A stretch of DNA of 64,000 nt from assembly GCA_020438135.1 (NCBI GenBank), contig JAGQVF010000025.1, forward strand, positions 2,108 to 66,107. Reading direction: 5' to 3'. This document shows positions 9,075 to 17,632 of this stretch, in pieces. Origin of the DNA: Bacteroidales bacterium (GTDB lineage: Bacteria > Bacteroidota > Bacteroidia > Bacteroidales > JAADJA01). The notes beneath the pieces were generated by a model. That model had not been told where the DNA came from. It did no database searches and saw only the letters and a list, made by a program, of their open reading frames with translations. Within the stretch, counting starts at the first letter, position 1, and every line of letters starts with the position of its first letter. The translations under genes and the position numbers were made by a program.

Positions 9075-10232
9075 TTATTCAACCCAGGATTTATAGTAAT
9101 TTTTGTCTTCAATACCGAGCGCTTGTTTAGTAATGCTCAAAGGTTTGAAAGTATCTACCATCACAGCCAATTCGCCGGTTTCTTTCTGACCGATGCTCTT
9201 TTCAACTGCACCGGGATGCGGACCGTGCGGAATGCCCGTAGGGTGAAGTGTTATCATTCCTTTTTCGACATGTTTCCGGCTCATAAAATCACCATCCACA
9301 TAATACAGCACTTCGTCAGAATCGACATTGCTGTGATTGTAGGGTGCCGGAATTGCTTCAGGGTGATAATCGTATAACCTCGGCACAAACGCACAGGTAA
9401 CAAAGTTATGTGCTTCGAAAGTTTGATGTACCGGAGGCGGCTGATGTACACGACCTGTGATCGGCTCAAATTCATGAATCGATAGGGCGAATGGAAAATG
9501 ATAACCATCCCATCCAATCAAATCAAAGGGATGTGTTGCATAGTGATATGGAAATATCATGTTGTCACGTTTGATTAAAACCTTAAAATCGCCCTTTTCA
9601 TCATGGGTTTCGAGGTTTTCAGGCTTACGAATATCACGCTCATAAAATGGTGAATGTTCCAATAGCTGACCGGCCTCATTGATATATCTTTTTGGAAAGC
9701 GGAAAGGTGAAAAAGATTCTACGATAAATAATCGATTGTCTTCATCTTTAAAATCAAGCTGGTAAATTACGCCTCTCGGGATGATCAGATGATCACCGTA
9801 ACCGAACTTAATATTGCCGTACATCGACTTCAGAACACCTTCTCCTTTGTGGATAAAGATCATTTCGTGGCCTCCTGAATTTTTAAAGAAATAATCCTTC
9901 ATCGACTTGCGGGGGGCAGAAAGACTGATATGTACATCATTGTTGACCAAAACCGGCACCCTGCTTTCCAGGAAATCATCGGCAGGGGCAACATCAAAAC
10001 CATTAAAACTTCTGTGTTGCAGGTTTTTTTCAATTGCAATTTCAGGTTCTACCGACCAGGGTTCGCCAACCTCTTTAACCAGTGTTGGAGGGTAAGTGTG
10101 ATATACCAGTGAATACACGTCTGAGAAACCCTCGGTTGAAACAAGTTGCTCTGAATAGAGGCCTCCGTCGGGTTTTCTGAATTGTATGTGACGTTTCGAA
10201 GGTATTTTCCCAAGTTTATGATAATGCGGCAT
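9075..10232 (-). CDS. hmgA: Homogentisate 1,2-dioxygenase
   Basis: 385 aa. It starts MPHYHKLGKIPSKRHIQF and has a cupin core with HPTGIPHGPHPG. It sits in an operon with hppD and fahA. Confidence 0.9.
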   Translation of the reverse strand: MPHYHKLGKIPSKRHIQFRKPDGGLYSEQLVSTEGFSDVYSLVYHTYPPTLVKEVGEPWSVEPEIAIEKNLQHRSFNGFDVAPADDFLESRVPVLVNNDVHISLSAPRKSMKDYFFKNSGGHEMIFIHKGEGVLKSMYGNIKFGYGDHLIIPRGVIYQLDFKDEDNRLFIVESFSPFRFPKRYINEAGQLLEHSPFYERDIRKPENLETHDEKGDFKVLIKRDNMIFPYHYATHPFDLIGWDGYHFPFALSIHEFEPITGRVHQPPPVHQTFEAHNFVTCAFVPRLYDYHPEAIPAPYNHSNVDSDEVLYYVDGDFMSRKHVEKGMITLHPTGIPHGPHPGAVEKSIGQKETGELAVMVDTFKPLSITKQALGIEDKNYYKSWVE

Positions 10233-10431
10233 TTTTGCTTTATTTTATAATTTATCAATACAAACAATTAAAATCAGTATTGTTCATTCGATGAACGCTA
10301 AAAAAGGTTAATTGCTGTTATTTGGAATCGTTCTAAAAAACGGGTGCAAAGATAGATTTTTTTTCTTTCTTTGTGGTAGTTCACAAGCTATGTCTGATTG
10401 TAAAACTGGTTTTATGGTATATCGTGAGAGA

Positions 10432-11532
10432 ATGAAGGAAACACCTTTGTTTTTGCCATTGCGGGTTGGCAGATACAACCTGAGAAACAGAATAGTTATG
10501 GCTCCGTTAACCCGGCGAAGGGCAACCAACGATCTGATTCCGACCGACATCATGCGGATTTATTACGGACAGCGTGCCACTGCAGGGCTTATCATTGCTG
10601 AGGCTACCAATATCTCATGGCAGGCTGTGGGTTATCCCAACTCCCCTGGAATATTTACCACTCCTCAAATAGAGGCCTGGAAGCCAATCACAGCCGAAGT
10701 TCATGAAAAGCAAGGTCTAATTTTTTTGCAGCTATGGCACGTTGGCAGGGTATCTCATCCCGATATTCAGCCCAACCGGCAGTTGCCTGTTTCAAGTTCA
10801 GCGGTAAAAGCCGGGGGAACAATAACAACCCCGGGAGGAACAAAAGAAATGGTGGTCCCGCGTGCTCTTGAAACTTTTGAAATTCCTCAACTTGTTGAAG
10901 ATTATGTGAAAGCTGCTGAAAATGCTATAGAAGCAGGTTTTGACGGTATTGAAATTCATGGCGCAAACGGCTATCTGCCTGAGCAGTTTCTGCACGATGG
11001 CTCCAATATTCGAAATGACAAATATGGTGGAAGCATTCAAAACAGATGCAGGTTTATGTTGGAGATTATCAAAAACTGCTGTTCAGCGGTTGGCTCCGAT
11101 AGGGTGGGATTGAGATTGTCACCCAGCGGAGTCGTAAAAGATATGTTCGACAGCGACCCTGTATCGCTGTATGAATATCTTATCAGTGAGTTAGATCGTT
11201 TTAACCTGGCCTACCTTCATTTAATGGAACCCTATGCTCCACTTATACCTGAAGAAAGATACAGGCATTATTTAAAACAAGTTACACCCCATTTCCGAAA
11301 GTTCTATTCAGGTCCAATGATCACCAATGTTAATTATAATTTCGCCTCAGCCAATGAGGTTATCCGCACTGGGCACGCGGATATGGTTGCTTTTGGAAAA
11401 CCATTTATTTCTAACCCTGATCTTGTGGAGCGTTTCAGAAAAAATCTTCCTCTTACTGATTGGGACAAATCAACTTTTTACCACGGAGGAGAAAAAGGAT
11501 ATATTGATTATCCTTTTTACAACTCCAGGTAA
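10432..11532 (+). CDS. Old Yellow Enzyme family NADH:flavin oxidoreductase (alkene reductase)
   Basis: NRIVMAPLTRRRA, QLWHVGRVSH and GFDGIEIHGANGYLPEQFL are OYE motifs. The start is taken at MKETPLF (10432). The track ORF begins at 10312 but runs over the divergent promoter region. Confidence 0.85.
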   Translation: MKETPLFLPLRVGRYNLRNRIVMAPLTRRRATNDLIPTDIMRIYYGQRATAGLIIAEATNISWQAVGYPNSPGIFTTPQIEAWKPITAEVHEKQGLIFLQLWHVGRVSHPDIQPNRQLPVSSSAVKAGGTITTPGGTKEMVVPRALETFEIPQLVEDYVKAAENAIEAGFDGIEIHGANGYLPEQFLHDGSNIRNDKYGGSIQNRCRFMLEIIKNCCSAVGSDRVGLRLSPSGVVKDMFDSDPVSLYEYLISELDRFNLAYLHLMEPYAPLIPEERYRHYLKQVTPHFRKFYSGPMITNVNYNFASANEVIRTGHADMVAFGKPFISNPDLVERFRKNLPLTDWDKSTFYHGGEKGYIDYPFYNSR

Positions 11533-11559
11533 AATGTATGTGGGTTAAATATAAAAAAA

Positions 11560-14133
11560 TTAAGGTATAATAATTCCTTTGCCAATATTTGATAGCCATA
11601 TGTTGGTGTAGTCAAAAATGTTGACCATCCCATCAAAGTTATAATCACCTCGCTTGTAACCTGTTTCGTAATAATGAGGGAGCAAAACGTCGTTTTTGTC
11701 GGCGTTGTTGATTAAGCCATCGCTGTTCCCATCACCGGCTCTCATGACCCAGCTTCCACCTATATTCTTAAGAGCATAAACACCTCCATAGGTCAGGTTG
11801 GGGTTCGTTGTAAAATCATATGCAAAGCCATCTCCTGCTTTTTGAAGCGCAATCGACGACATTATTGATGCGTGATTTCTGTGGTGAATAACAACATACA
11901 AACTATCGTTTAAACCGGGAACGTTCATTGTAAGAGGTTCTCCATCAGTGCCGATGATGTTTCCGTATTTAAGTAAAAGGGCAGCTTCTGAAAAAACGGT
12001 AGAATCTTCGGTTGCATATTCCGGACCGGCAATCGATTGCCTGATCTCAACCAATACCCAGTCGATGATAAGTGGACTGCTGAAATCCGTCATCTGCTCA
12101 TTACCGGAATAATTCCATGGGGAAGAATTGTAGGGTTGGGTATCAGGAATATAGCCCAGGGTATATATAGGTGTAAACATATTTTGTCCGCGAAATGGAC
12201 CTTCCAGAAAAACCTTCAGATTCAAGGGCGAGTTTTCAACATCTCCTACCGTAATATATTGATGATAGGTTACTTCAGTACTCCCATATCCATTTGTTAC
12301 TTTTAAGGTAACATCATATGTACCTGGCTCCGGATAGGAAACATATTGATAACTGCTAGGTGACGCAGGAGGTACACCTCCCTCAAATGACCAATGCCAG
12401 GAAGTTGGATTGTTTTGAGATTGATCCGTGAAAACGATGGTCTGGCCCGGTTCAATATGTTGATACGATACTGTGAAATCGACAGTAGGGAGGAGACTTG
12501 AAGCTTCCACGTGGATAAAGCCTTCCCTTGTAATCTGGTCGCTACCTGAAGCATTACTTACATTGAGTGTTATTGAATAAATGCCGGCATTAGGAAATTG
12601 AACAGTAGGATTTTGGTTGTTTGAAGTTGCTGGTTGACCTCCCTCAAAAGACCATGACCAAGTGAGCGGATTGTTTGTAGATTGATCCAGAAAAGTAATT
12701 GATTCCCCAACCATGATAGTTGAATCGGTCGCAATAAAACCGGCAACCGGAGCCAGGCCTGTAGTTCCTTCCTGAAATTCATAAACACCAATATCGGTAG
12801 CACCACCCTGTGGAACCGCGTTGTTGTCAAGATCCAGAGAAATACCGGTGTGCATTCCCATGTCACGAAGGGGAGAATTTGGCATAAGATGGTAATTTCC
12901 GTTTCCCCAATCAACCCAGCCAAATTCATTTTGCCAGTTGATGGATGGCCCCTGGTAAATCCTGCTGCTATCGATCTGATTGATGTCATAATATGGAGTG
13001 GTAACAGGACCGGCAGCAAATACCGAATTTTTAACAATAGCCTCGCCGCCGCCCAAATCAACCATCAGTTCATCAGGAGCATTGGAAGTAAATACCGAAT
13101 TATTCACCCAGGTATATTCATTTCTGAAGCTAACCTGCAGATTGTGAACTGAATCGCAAAGGAAATAGTTCATAAACACATAATCGAAGGAGATTTGGCC
13201 CCCTGTTCCGGCATCATTTGAATATATCCGCTCCCCTCCAACAATTCTGCTTCTTTCGATAATCAGGGTATCCCCATCAAAAAGATAGAGTGCTCCTCCG
13301 GCAGAAATAGACCCAACTGTATCTTTGGGTGGATAAAACGTGCAATCCCTGATAACGCCATCATTCCCATATCCTCCACCATCGCTGTTGTGAATAAAAC
13401 AAAACTTAAACCCGGTGAACCTCCTGTCGATTACGCAATTTTCAATCAGGAAATTATCACAATCACCTGTAAGATGAATTCCATCTCCGGCAGCACATGA
13501 GGGCTCTGAACATTGGTAAAAATAGTCGAGGTTTACGTGGTAAATATGGGTGTTAATGCATGAAAAATTATCAACATCCTTGGCGAAAACACCATCTTCT
13601 TCAATATGATGAATAACACAATCGGTTACAGTAACCGTTTCAACATCCGTAACACCGGGTAAAATTCGCACCCCATTGTAGCAATGCGATATATCACAAT
13701 TTTTGATAGTAATGTTGTTGGTAGTGCCACTGCTCCAGTGTCCGTAAACCTGAACACCGGCAGTTGGGCTAACCGGATAGTCACCGATAAGGGTTAGATC
13801 TGCAATTTCAATATAATCACATCTTGAAATCCCGATAATATTGGCTTCAGTGCCGGGAACATTCGTTAAAACAGGGTTATCACCCGAACCATAAGCACCA
13901 AGCTTAACGTGATTTCGTCCGGAGATTGCGATTCCACCCAGTGTGGTTGTTCCTCTTTTCTGTAAATATACCGTATGGTTTTCAATGTTGAAATCATCCC
14001 ATGAATTGTAGGGATGTGAGAGGGTTCCGTTTTCTGACCCCGTGTAGCCGGGGTCAACATAAACTGTGTCGAAATTCTGTCCTGACACAGCATTGGCAGC
14101 TACGAGTAGTAGTACAAGTAAGAAATTTTTCAT
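11560..14133 (-). CDS. Secreted multidomain protein: parallel beta-helix region, two PKD domains and a roughly 220-aa C-terminal module with dockerin-like loops
   Basis: 857 aa. The signal peptide is MKNFLLVLLLVAANAVSGQ. Beta-helix repeats show the pattern (I.NC.I.H). Two PKD-like repeats read ..F.DQS.NNP..W.WSFEGG. The C-terminus LKVFLEGPF...HHRNH...GDGNSDGLINNADK...GDYNFDGMVNIFD is homologous to the C-terminus of the 26034..28418 protein. Confidence 0.8.
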   Translation of the reverse strand: MKNFLLVLLLVAANAVSGQNFDTVYVDPGYTGSENGTLSHPYNSWDDFNIENHTVYLQKRGTTTLGGIAISGRNHVKLGAYGSGDNPVLTNVPGTEANIIGISRCDYIEIADLTLIGDYPVSPTAGVQVYGHWSSGTTNNITIKNCDISHCYNGVRILPGVTDVETVTVTDCVIHHIEEDGVFAKDVDNFSCINTHIYHVNLDYFYQCSEPSCAAGDGIHLTGDCDNFLIENCVIDRRFTGFKFCFIHNSDGGGYGNDGVIRDCTFYPPKDTVGSISAGGALYLFDGDTLIIERSRIVGGERIYSNDAGTGGQISFDYVFMNYFLCDSVHNLQVSFRNEYTWVNNSVFTSNAPDELMVDLGGGEAIVKNSVFAAGPVTTPYYDINQIDSSRIYQGPSINWQNEFGWVDWGNGNYHLMPNSPLRDMGMHTGISLDLDNNAVPQGGATDIGVYEFQEGTTGLAPVAGFIATDSTIMVGESITFLDQSTNNPLTWSWSFEGGQPATSNNQNPTVQFPNAGIYSITLNVSNASGSDQITREGFIHVEASSLLPTVDFTVSYQHIEPGQTIVFTDQSQNNPTSWHWSFEGGVPPASPSSYQYVSYPEPGTYDVTLKVTNGYGSTEVTYHQYITVGDVENSPLNLKVFLEGPFRGQNMFTPIYTLGYIPDTQPYNSSPWNYSGNEQMTDFSSPLIIDWVLVEIRQSIAGPEYATEDSTVFSEAALLLKYGNIIGTDGEPLTMNVPGLNDSLYVVIHHRNHASIMSSIALQKAGDGFAYDFTTNPNLTYGGVYALKNIGGSWVMRAGDGNSDGLINNADKNDVLLPHYYETGYKRGDYNFDGMVNIFDYTNIWLSNIGKGIIIP
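11563..12225 (-). other. Shared C-terminal module, copy 1 (221 aa)
   Basis: It aligns along its whole length with the last 220 aa of the M1 peptidase at 26034..28418. Shared blocks are LKVFLEGPF, PWNY.G.E, DWVL, HHRNH, YGG, two D.N.DG loops and a G(K/R)G...P end. Confidence 0.6.
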
Positions 14134-14167
14134 TTAATTCTCTTTATATAGTTATTGTAGTAGCCGC

Positions 14168-14175
14168 CAAAAATA
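14168..14175 (-). promoter_or_regulatory. -7 promoter box (TATTTTTG on the minus strand)
   Basis: CAAAAATA lies 35 nt upstream of the 14133 start. Confidence 0.35.
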
Positions 14176-14355
14176 TAAAATATAAAAGCGAACATATGTG
14201 AAGTTATTAACAAGATATTAAAACTGCCATTTCATGACCTGGTTTATTGTGTGTTAATCGGTTGCCAACCCCCAAAAAATGACGGGAATTTTTGCACTTT
14301 ATAAAAGCTTTTGTTGCAATTATTAGATACCTTTGAGGCTTTTATAACCAACGGT

Positions 14356-15309
14356 ATGGAGAAAAAAATCAATCGTCGTGAATTTATCAGGAAATCAGGT
14401 ACCCTGGGTGTAATTACCGCTGGTGCTTCAATGATTCCCGGAATAGGAGCCTGCTCATTGCTCTCCCCTTCAGCTGATATTTCGGTTGTTTCGGGGGCCG
14501 GATATTTTGCAAATACGTTAAAAGCCATTGATCTGATAGGTGGTATGAAAAAATTTATACCGGAAGGGTCAACAGTTGGTTTACTTATCAATTCCGATTT
14601 TGATATCCCAGGAACATATGTTAATCCTGATGTTGCAATTGCAGCCGTCAAATCGATTTTTGATGCCGGTGCCCAATCGATAATTTGTCTTCAAAAGGTA
14701 AAGGAAGAGTACTGGGAAAGAAGCAGTTATTATGAATCACATAAAGATATACTATCAACACTAAAGCAGGTCGAAACCAATGTTTTCCCATCTGAATACA
14801 ATGATGATGATTTTATAAAACTCACGGACCTGGACAATAACAAAGCACTGAAGGAAACTGAAGTCGTAAAAGCCTGGCTTGAATGCGATGTATTCGTAAA
14901 CATTCCGATTTGCAAACATCATGCATCCACTTTATTAACAGGAGCCATGAAAAATATTATGGGGGTTTCTACCCGAAAAGCGAACGTTACCTTTCATCTG
15001 GGATCGGGAGTCCGCAATGACCCGGATTATCTTGCGCAATGCATTGTAGACCAAAACCTCGTTCGGAAATCAGATCTTTGTATCATGGATGCAACCGAAT
15101 TTATTACCGATAACGGCCCCTCGGGTCCGGGTACCTTAAAAAAGCCTCAGAAAATAATTGCCGGAGCCGATATGGTTGCTATTGATGCCATTGCCGCTGA
15201 AATACTTGGTTATTCGCCGGGAGAGATCCTCTGTGTGGTTAAAGGGCATGAATCTGGACTTGGAAATAAAGAATATTCAGATTACAATCTTGTTGAATTA
15301 AATGCATGA
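14356..15309 (+). CDS. Tat-signal DUF362 domain protein
   Basis: MEKKINRREFIRKSGTLGVITAGAS is a twin-arginine signal. The KHHASTLLTGAMKNIMG region resembles DUF362. The start is taken at 14356; the track start is 14311. Confidence 0.7.
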   Translation: MEKKINRREFIRKSGTLGVITAGASMIPGIGACSLLSPSADISVVSGAGYFANTLKAIDLIGGMKKFIPEGSTVGLLINSDFDIPGTYVNPDVAIAAVKSIFDAGAQSIICLQKVKEEYWERSSYYESHKDILSTLKQVETNVFPSEYNDDDFIKLTDLDNNKALKETEVVKAWLECDVFVNIPICKHHASTLLTGAMKNIMGVSTRKANVTFHLGSGVRNDPDYLAQCIVDQNLVRKSDLCIMDATEFITDNGPSGPGTLKKPQKIIAGADMVAIDAIAAEILGYSPGEILCVVKGHESGLGNKEYSDYNLVELNA

Positions 15310-15313
15310 AATT

Positions 15314-16219
15314 ATGAAACTTCAAAAACTTATCATATTGTTTTTCTTTATTTTAATAGGTTTTGCAGGAATCAGCCAGAACATTATGGAACCGAAAGAT
15401 TTAATTCCTGCAAACGATGAAATCGTCAACTGGCAGTTGATCGATTCTGTAAATACCTATACCGATGAAGATCTCTACATGTATATTAACGGGGGTGCGG
15501 ATCTGTATCTTGAATATGGATTTAACAAATTAGGCAGTTGCAAATACAGAAATCGGCTCGCTTCTAAAATTATTCTTGAAGTATATCAAATGAAAAATGA
15601 TGCCGGTGCTTTCGGTGTTTTTACGATCAATTCGTCAGGTAAAGGGAAAAAGATAGAAATAGGAAACGAGGCCGTTCAATATGATTATTACCTCCATTTC
15701 TGGAAACAAAATTATTATGTACGATGTGCCTCCACAGTAAAATCAGAAGGGGTTATCGACACCCTTCAGCAGCTAGCCAAACAAGTTGCCTCTAAGATCG
15801 AACTTCCCGGCAAAAAGCCTGAACTGTTTGTTTTATTCAATAAAACCGGATATCCTTTTAAACAGGTAAAATATTTCAAAGGTCAGGTTGCCCTGGCTAA
15901 TATTTTTAATTTCAGTCATGGAAGTGTGGCCGGATTTAATGAGGGAATTTCAGGTAAATTGGATGATAAAATGGTGTTCGTATTTTCGTATGAAAACGAA
16001 AAACAACGCAGGGAGTGGTTTGCAAGTTTGAAAGGCAAAATGAACATGAGCATGTTATTCGACCAATATACAACTGTTGAAGATGGATTTACCGTAAAAG
16101 ACAGGATGGGAATAATGCTTTCATTTAAACCCGTTGGGAAGTATATTTTAGCAATCAAGGGAATGGATTGGCCGGAGGCTCAACCGGTATTTGAAAAAAC
16201 ATCAACAAATCTGCCCTGA
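15314..16219 (+). CDS. Secreted hypothetical protein, partner of the DUF362 gene
   Basis: The signal peptide is MKLQKLIILFFFILIGFAGISQ, and there is a conserved-looking YINGGADLYLEYGF block. The start falls within a few nt of the upstream stop, or overlaps it if 15302 is used. Confidence 0.6.
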   Translation: MKLQKLIILFFFILIGFAGISQNIMEPKDLIPANDEIVNWQLIDSVNTYTDEDLYMYINGGADLYLEYGFNKLGSCKYRNRLASKIILEVYQMKNDAGAFGVFTINSSGKGKKIEIGNEAVQYDYYLHFWKQNYYVRCASTVKSEGVIDTLQQLAKQVASKIELPGKKPELFVLFNKTGYPFKQVKYFKGQVALANIFNFSHGSVAGFNEGISGKLDDKMVFVFSYENEKQRREWFASLKGKMNMSMLFDQYTTVEDGFTVKDRMGIMLSFKPVGKYILAIKGMDWPEAQPVFEKTSTNLP

Positions 16220-16239
16220 CACACCTGTAATTTGCAACA

Positions 16240-17373
16240 TTATCTCTCTTCCCTGAGAATGTTTTTCACGGGTCTGAATTCGTGTTGAATGGTTGTCCAT
16301 TTTTCGGGATACATTTTGATAAGATATCTGATCCGTGATTTGTGATTTGACAACGCATCTGTAATGGCAGGTGCTGAAACAGGCGTTTGGCAAGCATTTC
16401 CAACGATGGAACCTGTCATACGCAAGTTCCGTGTTTTAACCTTTAGTGCGGCCTCCTCAAGCTTATCGAGTAATTGAATTGTTTTGGCATATTTGTCATT
16501 TTGTTCAGGGGTGCTTATCGTTCTGCCTGTATCTTTTTCTCTTGCATCAAACTGAAGATGCATTTCCTGAATCTCAATTTCACCCTCCATGTCAAAAAAT
16601 AAATTTTCAAGATAAGCTACCGTATCCTTTATCATTAGCTCAATATGCGAAAGTTCACCCTTAAATTCTTTAATTTTCTCAATGGCACTTGAAGATAAAA
16701 CGAACTGATGCCCATTTTTTTTTGAATAATCCTTTACATACTGCATACACAACTTCACCAGGCTCAAACCATAATTTTCCCTCGTGGTTTTTATTTCAGC
16801 TTTTAGATTTTCAACCTTATTGAATGCCAACCTTGTTTTTTGATTGTTGGTCCGTAAAACCTGCTGATTGAGGTGATGATCCCTGATAATAGTAAGTATG
16901 GTATTTCTGAGAATATAGGCGATGATGTTTTTATTATCGGTCGTTAAAGGATTGATGTTGTTCGTGATGCCAAAATTAGCCGGATTTTCGTTCAGAAAAA
17001 TAAAAACCAGTGCATTCAGGTGAGTTTCTTCATCAGGTATTCTTAAAAGTAAAACAACGTTTTCAAGCTCAGTAAAAATATTGATCTCCGGATTTTTCTT
17101 TTTCAACTCAATATCGAAGGGCAGGTTTTGCCGACTGTGCCAACTAAAGGGACTATTATCCTCGGTGTATTTTTTAAGTATTGGGAAAATCCCGGAAATT
17201 TCAAGGCTTTTCATTTCATATCCTGATTTACGTTTTTCAGTTAATGCTCCTGCCCATTTTTGCAGAGACTTTTCATAATGAATTGAGATCACCTTTTCTA
17301 TACCAGGGATAATAGAAGGTATTACTTCATGGAGGCTAAGTACAGGATGCGATATGAAGCTGAAAGTTTGCAA
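16240..17373 (-). CDS. Hypothetical protein with a possible C-terminal helix-turn-helix
   Basis: 377 aa with a TTG start. The coiled-coil-like middle has no motif I can name. The tail SAPAITDALSNHKSRIRYLIKMYPEKW loosely resembles Fis-type HTH ends. Confidence 0.55.
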   Translation of the reverse strand: MQTFSFISHPVLSLHEVIPSIIPGIEKVISIHYEKSLQKWAGALTEKRKSGYEMKSLEISGIFPILKKYTEDNSPFSWHSRQNLPFDIELKKKNPEINIFTELENVVLLLRIPDEETHLNALVFIFLNENPANFGITNNINPLTTDNKNIIAYILRNTILTIIRDHHLNQQVLRTNNQKTRLAFNKVENLKAEIKTTRENYGLSLVKLCMQYVKDYSKKNGHQFVLSSSAIEKIKEFKGELSHIELMIKDTVAYLENLFFDMEGEIEIQEMHLQFDAREKDTGRTISTPEQNDKYAKTIQLLDKLEEAALKVKTRNLRMTGSIVGNACQTPVSAPAITDALSNHKSRIRYLIKMYPEKWTTIQHEFRPVKNILREER

Positions 17374-17382
17374 ATCGAAAAT

Positions 17383-17627
17383 TTAAGCAAAAGTAGTAAA
17401 TAATTAAGTACTTGTCAAGTTTTGTTAAGCTAATAATTAAGCCTAAATTTTAAGTTTCAGAAAACCGAAATTTGAAATTAAGCATTCTTGAATATGCACT
17501 TAAATTAATAAAAACAACTTAATTATATTGATAAATAGGTTCTTATAGTAATAATATTGCAGAATATTAGTAGTTAAATTGCTCTAATATTTAATTCTCA
17601 AATGTCAAACATTTTAAGTAAGCTTAA
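17383..17627. promoter_or_regulatory. Array of TTAAG(C) motifs in a divergent AT-rich spacer
   Basis: TTAAG starts at 17383, 17404, 17425, 17437, 17450, 17478 and 17614. Its complement CTTAA starts at 17499, 17518 and 17623. That is ten copies in 245 bp. Confidence 0.35.
17388..17395 (-). promoter_or_regulatory. -7 promoter box (TACTTTTG on the minus strand)
   Basis: CAAAAGTA lies 15 nt upstream of the 17373 start. Confidence 0.35.
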
Positions 17628-17632
17628 TTATC

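Noticed and set aside
12290-12790. A tandem repeat at the nucleotide and protein level, considered as a possible repeat array.
   Set aside because: It is simply two PKD domains inside the 857-aa ORF. The reading frame is intact, and there is no spacer and repeat regularity of the CRISPR type.
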